Source: an uncultured Chthonomonadaceae bacterium
GTDB taxonomy: Bacteria; Armatimonadota; Chthonomonadetes; Chthonomonadales; Chthonomonadaceae
Direction of reading: 5' to 3'
DNA length: 64,000 bases
NCBI GenBank assembly: GCA_963817895.1
Contig: CAWFQB010000005.1
Coordinates: 672,001 to 736,000 of the forward strand
Shown: piece by piece, positions 63,352 through 64,000 of the stretch
How the letters are laid out: each line of letters starts with the position of its first letter
Numbering within the stretch: the stretch's first letter is position 1
Translations under genes and position numbers: made by a program
The notes under the pieces: generated by a model
Seen by the model: the letters and a program-made list of their open reading frames with translations, nothing else
What the model was told of the DNA's origin: nothing
The model's database searches: none

Positions 63352-64000
63352 TTAGATCGCCTTCGCCGGCACATCAATATGCGGCGTCGAGGTGTCCCCG
63401 TGCGGAATGGCCGTGCCGTCCGTGTGCGGAATGGTTTTGGTGTCTATGTGCGGCAGCGTCTGCGTGTCCACATGGGGAATGATTGTGGAATCCACATGCG
63501 GCACGACCGGCGTGTCCACATGCGGGCTGATAGCCGTATCTACGTGCGGAATGATCGTGGCGTCCGTGTGCGGTGTGCCAACGTCAAAGTGCGCCCCGGG
63601 GGTGTCCCAGTGCGCGTGGGTATCTACATGCGCCTTGCCAAAGAAACTGGTGTCGTCGTGAGAGCCGGTGGAATCGGCGTGACTGCCTCTGCTGTCCGCA
63701 TGGCTGGACGCCGTATCGCCGTGTTTGGCGGCAGTATCGGCGTGTTGGGCGGCAACATCCGCATGCAATTTCTGTGGCGTATCCCCATGCTGCGAGGGCG
63801 TGTCTACGTGCTGCGGCGGCGTATCCACATGCGGCGCAGCCGGAATATCGGCGTGCTGCGAGGGCGTATCTATATGCTTGCCCGCCACATCTATATGCGG
63901 CGTCACCAGACTGCTGAACAGGGAACTGGCGTTGTCCTTGATCTGCTTCTGAACGCGGTCCGCCAGCGCGTTGATGTCGCGCGGAGACACGGACAGGGTG
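63352..64000 (-). CDS. His-x-Asp repeat protein, putative rSAM substrate/RiPP precursor (5' end outside window)
   Basis: 24 HxD motifs, mostly 7-8 aa apart; frame open to the window edge. Confidence 0.8.
   Translation of the reverse strand, partial: TLSVSPRDINALADRVQKQIKDNASSLFSSLVTPHIDVAGKHIDTPSQHADIPAAPHVDTPPQHVDTPSQHGDTPQKLHADVAAQHADTAAKHGDTASSHADSRGSHADSTGSHDDTSFFGKAHVDTHAHWDTPGAHFDVGTPHTDATIIPHVDTAISPHVDTPVVPHVDSTIIPHVDTQTLPHIDTKTIPHTDGTAIPHGDTSTPHIDVPAKAI

Noticed and set aside
63352..63897. HxD repeat region as a CRISPR array or DNA tandem repeat
   Set aside because: The period is 21-24 nt with codon-level variation and an open frame; there are no identical repeats with unique spacers and no cas genes.
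61946..64000. Assignment to the known His-Xaa-Ser (Hxs) rSAM system or to a sulfatase maturase
   Set aside because: The motif is strictly H-x-D, only one rSAM is visible, and no sulfatase is adjacent in the window.

Overview
A bacterial chromosomal window of moderately high GC. The gene content suggests Armatimonadota or a similar lineage (inference from the DUF1559 prepilin-like protein, planctomycete-type cytochrome c, PEP-CTERM, Uma2 and XisH/XisI). About 3.1-13.4 kb is an accessory island with two toxin-antitoxin pairs, a degenerate HPRT, a zincin-like protein, XisH/XisI, two trypsin-like proteases, an IS3, an IS701, MITEs and a HEPN-like gene. From 13.6 to 60.8 kb the genes are mostly housekeeping and signalling: a GH57 branching enzyme, rnz, mnmA, cdd, dksA-like/lspA/lgt, a prepilin cluster, GGDEF/HD-GYP, an AbiE-like pair, REC-TrxB with a cNMP kinase, and cysC/cysH. 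Intergenic spaces are full of palindromes built from 7-9 nt tandem repeats, and some of these repeats have entered coding sequences in frame. Many genes are frameshifted, most likely from long-read errors. The most notable feature is at the right end on the minus strand: a protein with 24 regularly spaced His-x-Asp motifs (its N-terminus is outside the window), then a radical SAM/SPASM enzyme, then a Cys-rich accessory protein. This is a candidate undescribed RiPP or protein-crosslinking (poly-HxD cyclophane-type) system. All family assignments come from motif recognition by eye; no searches were run.
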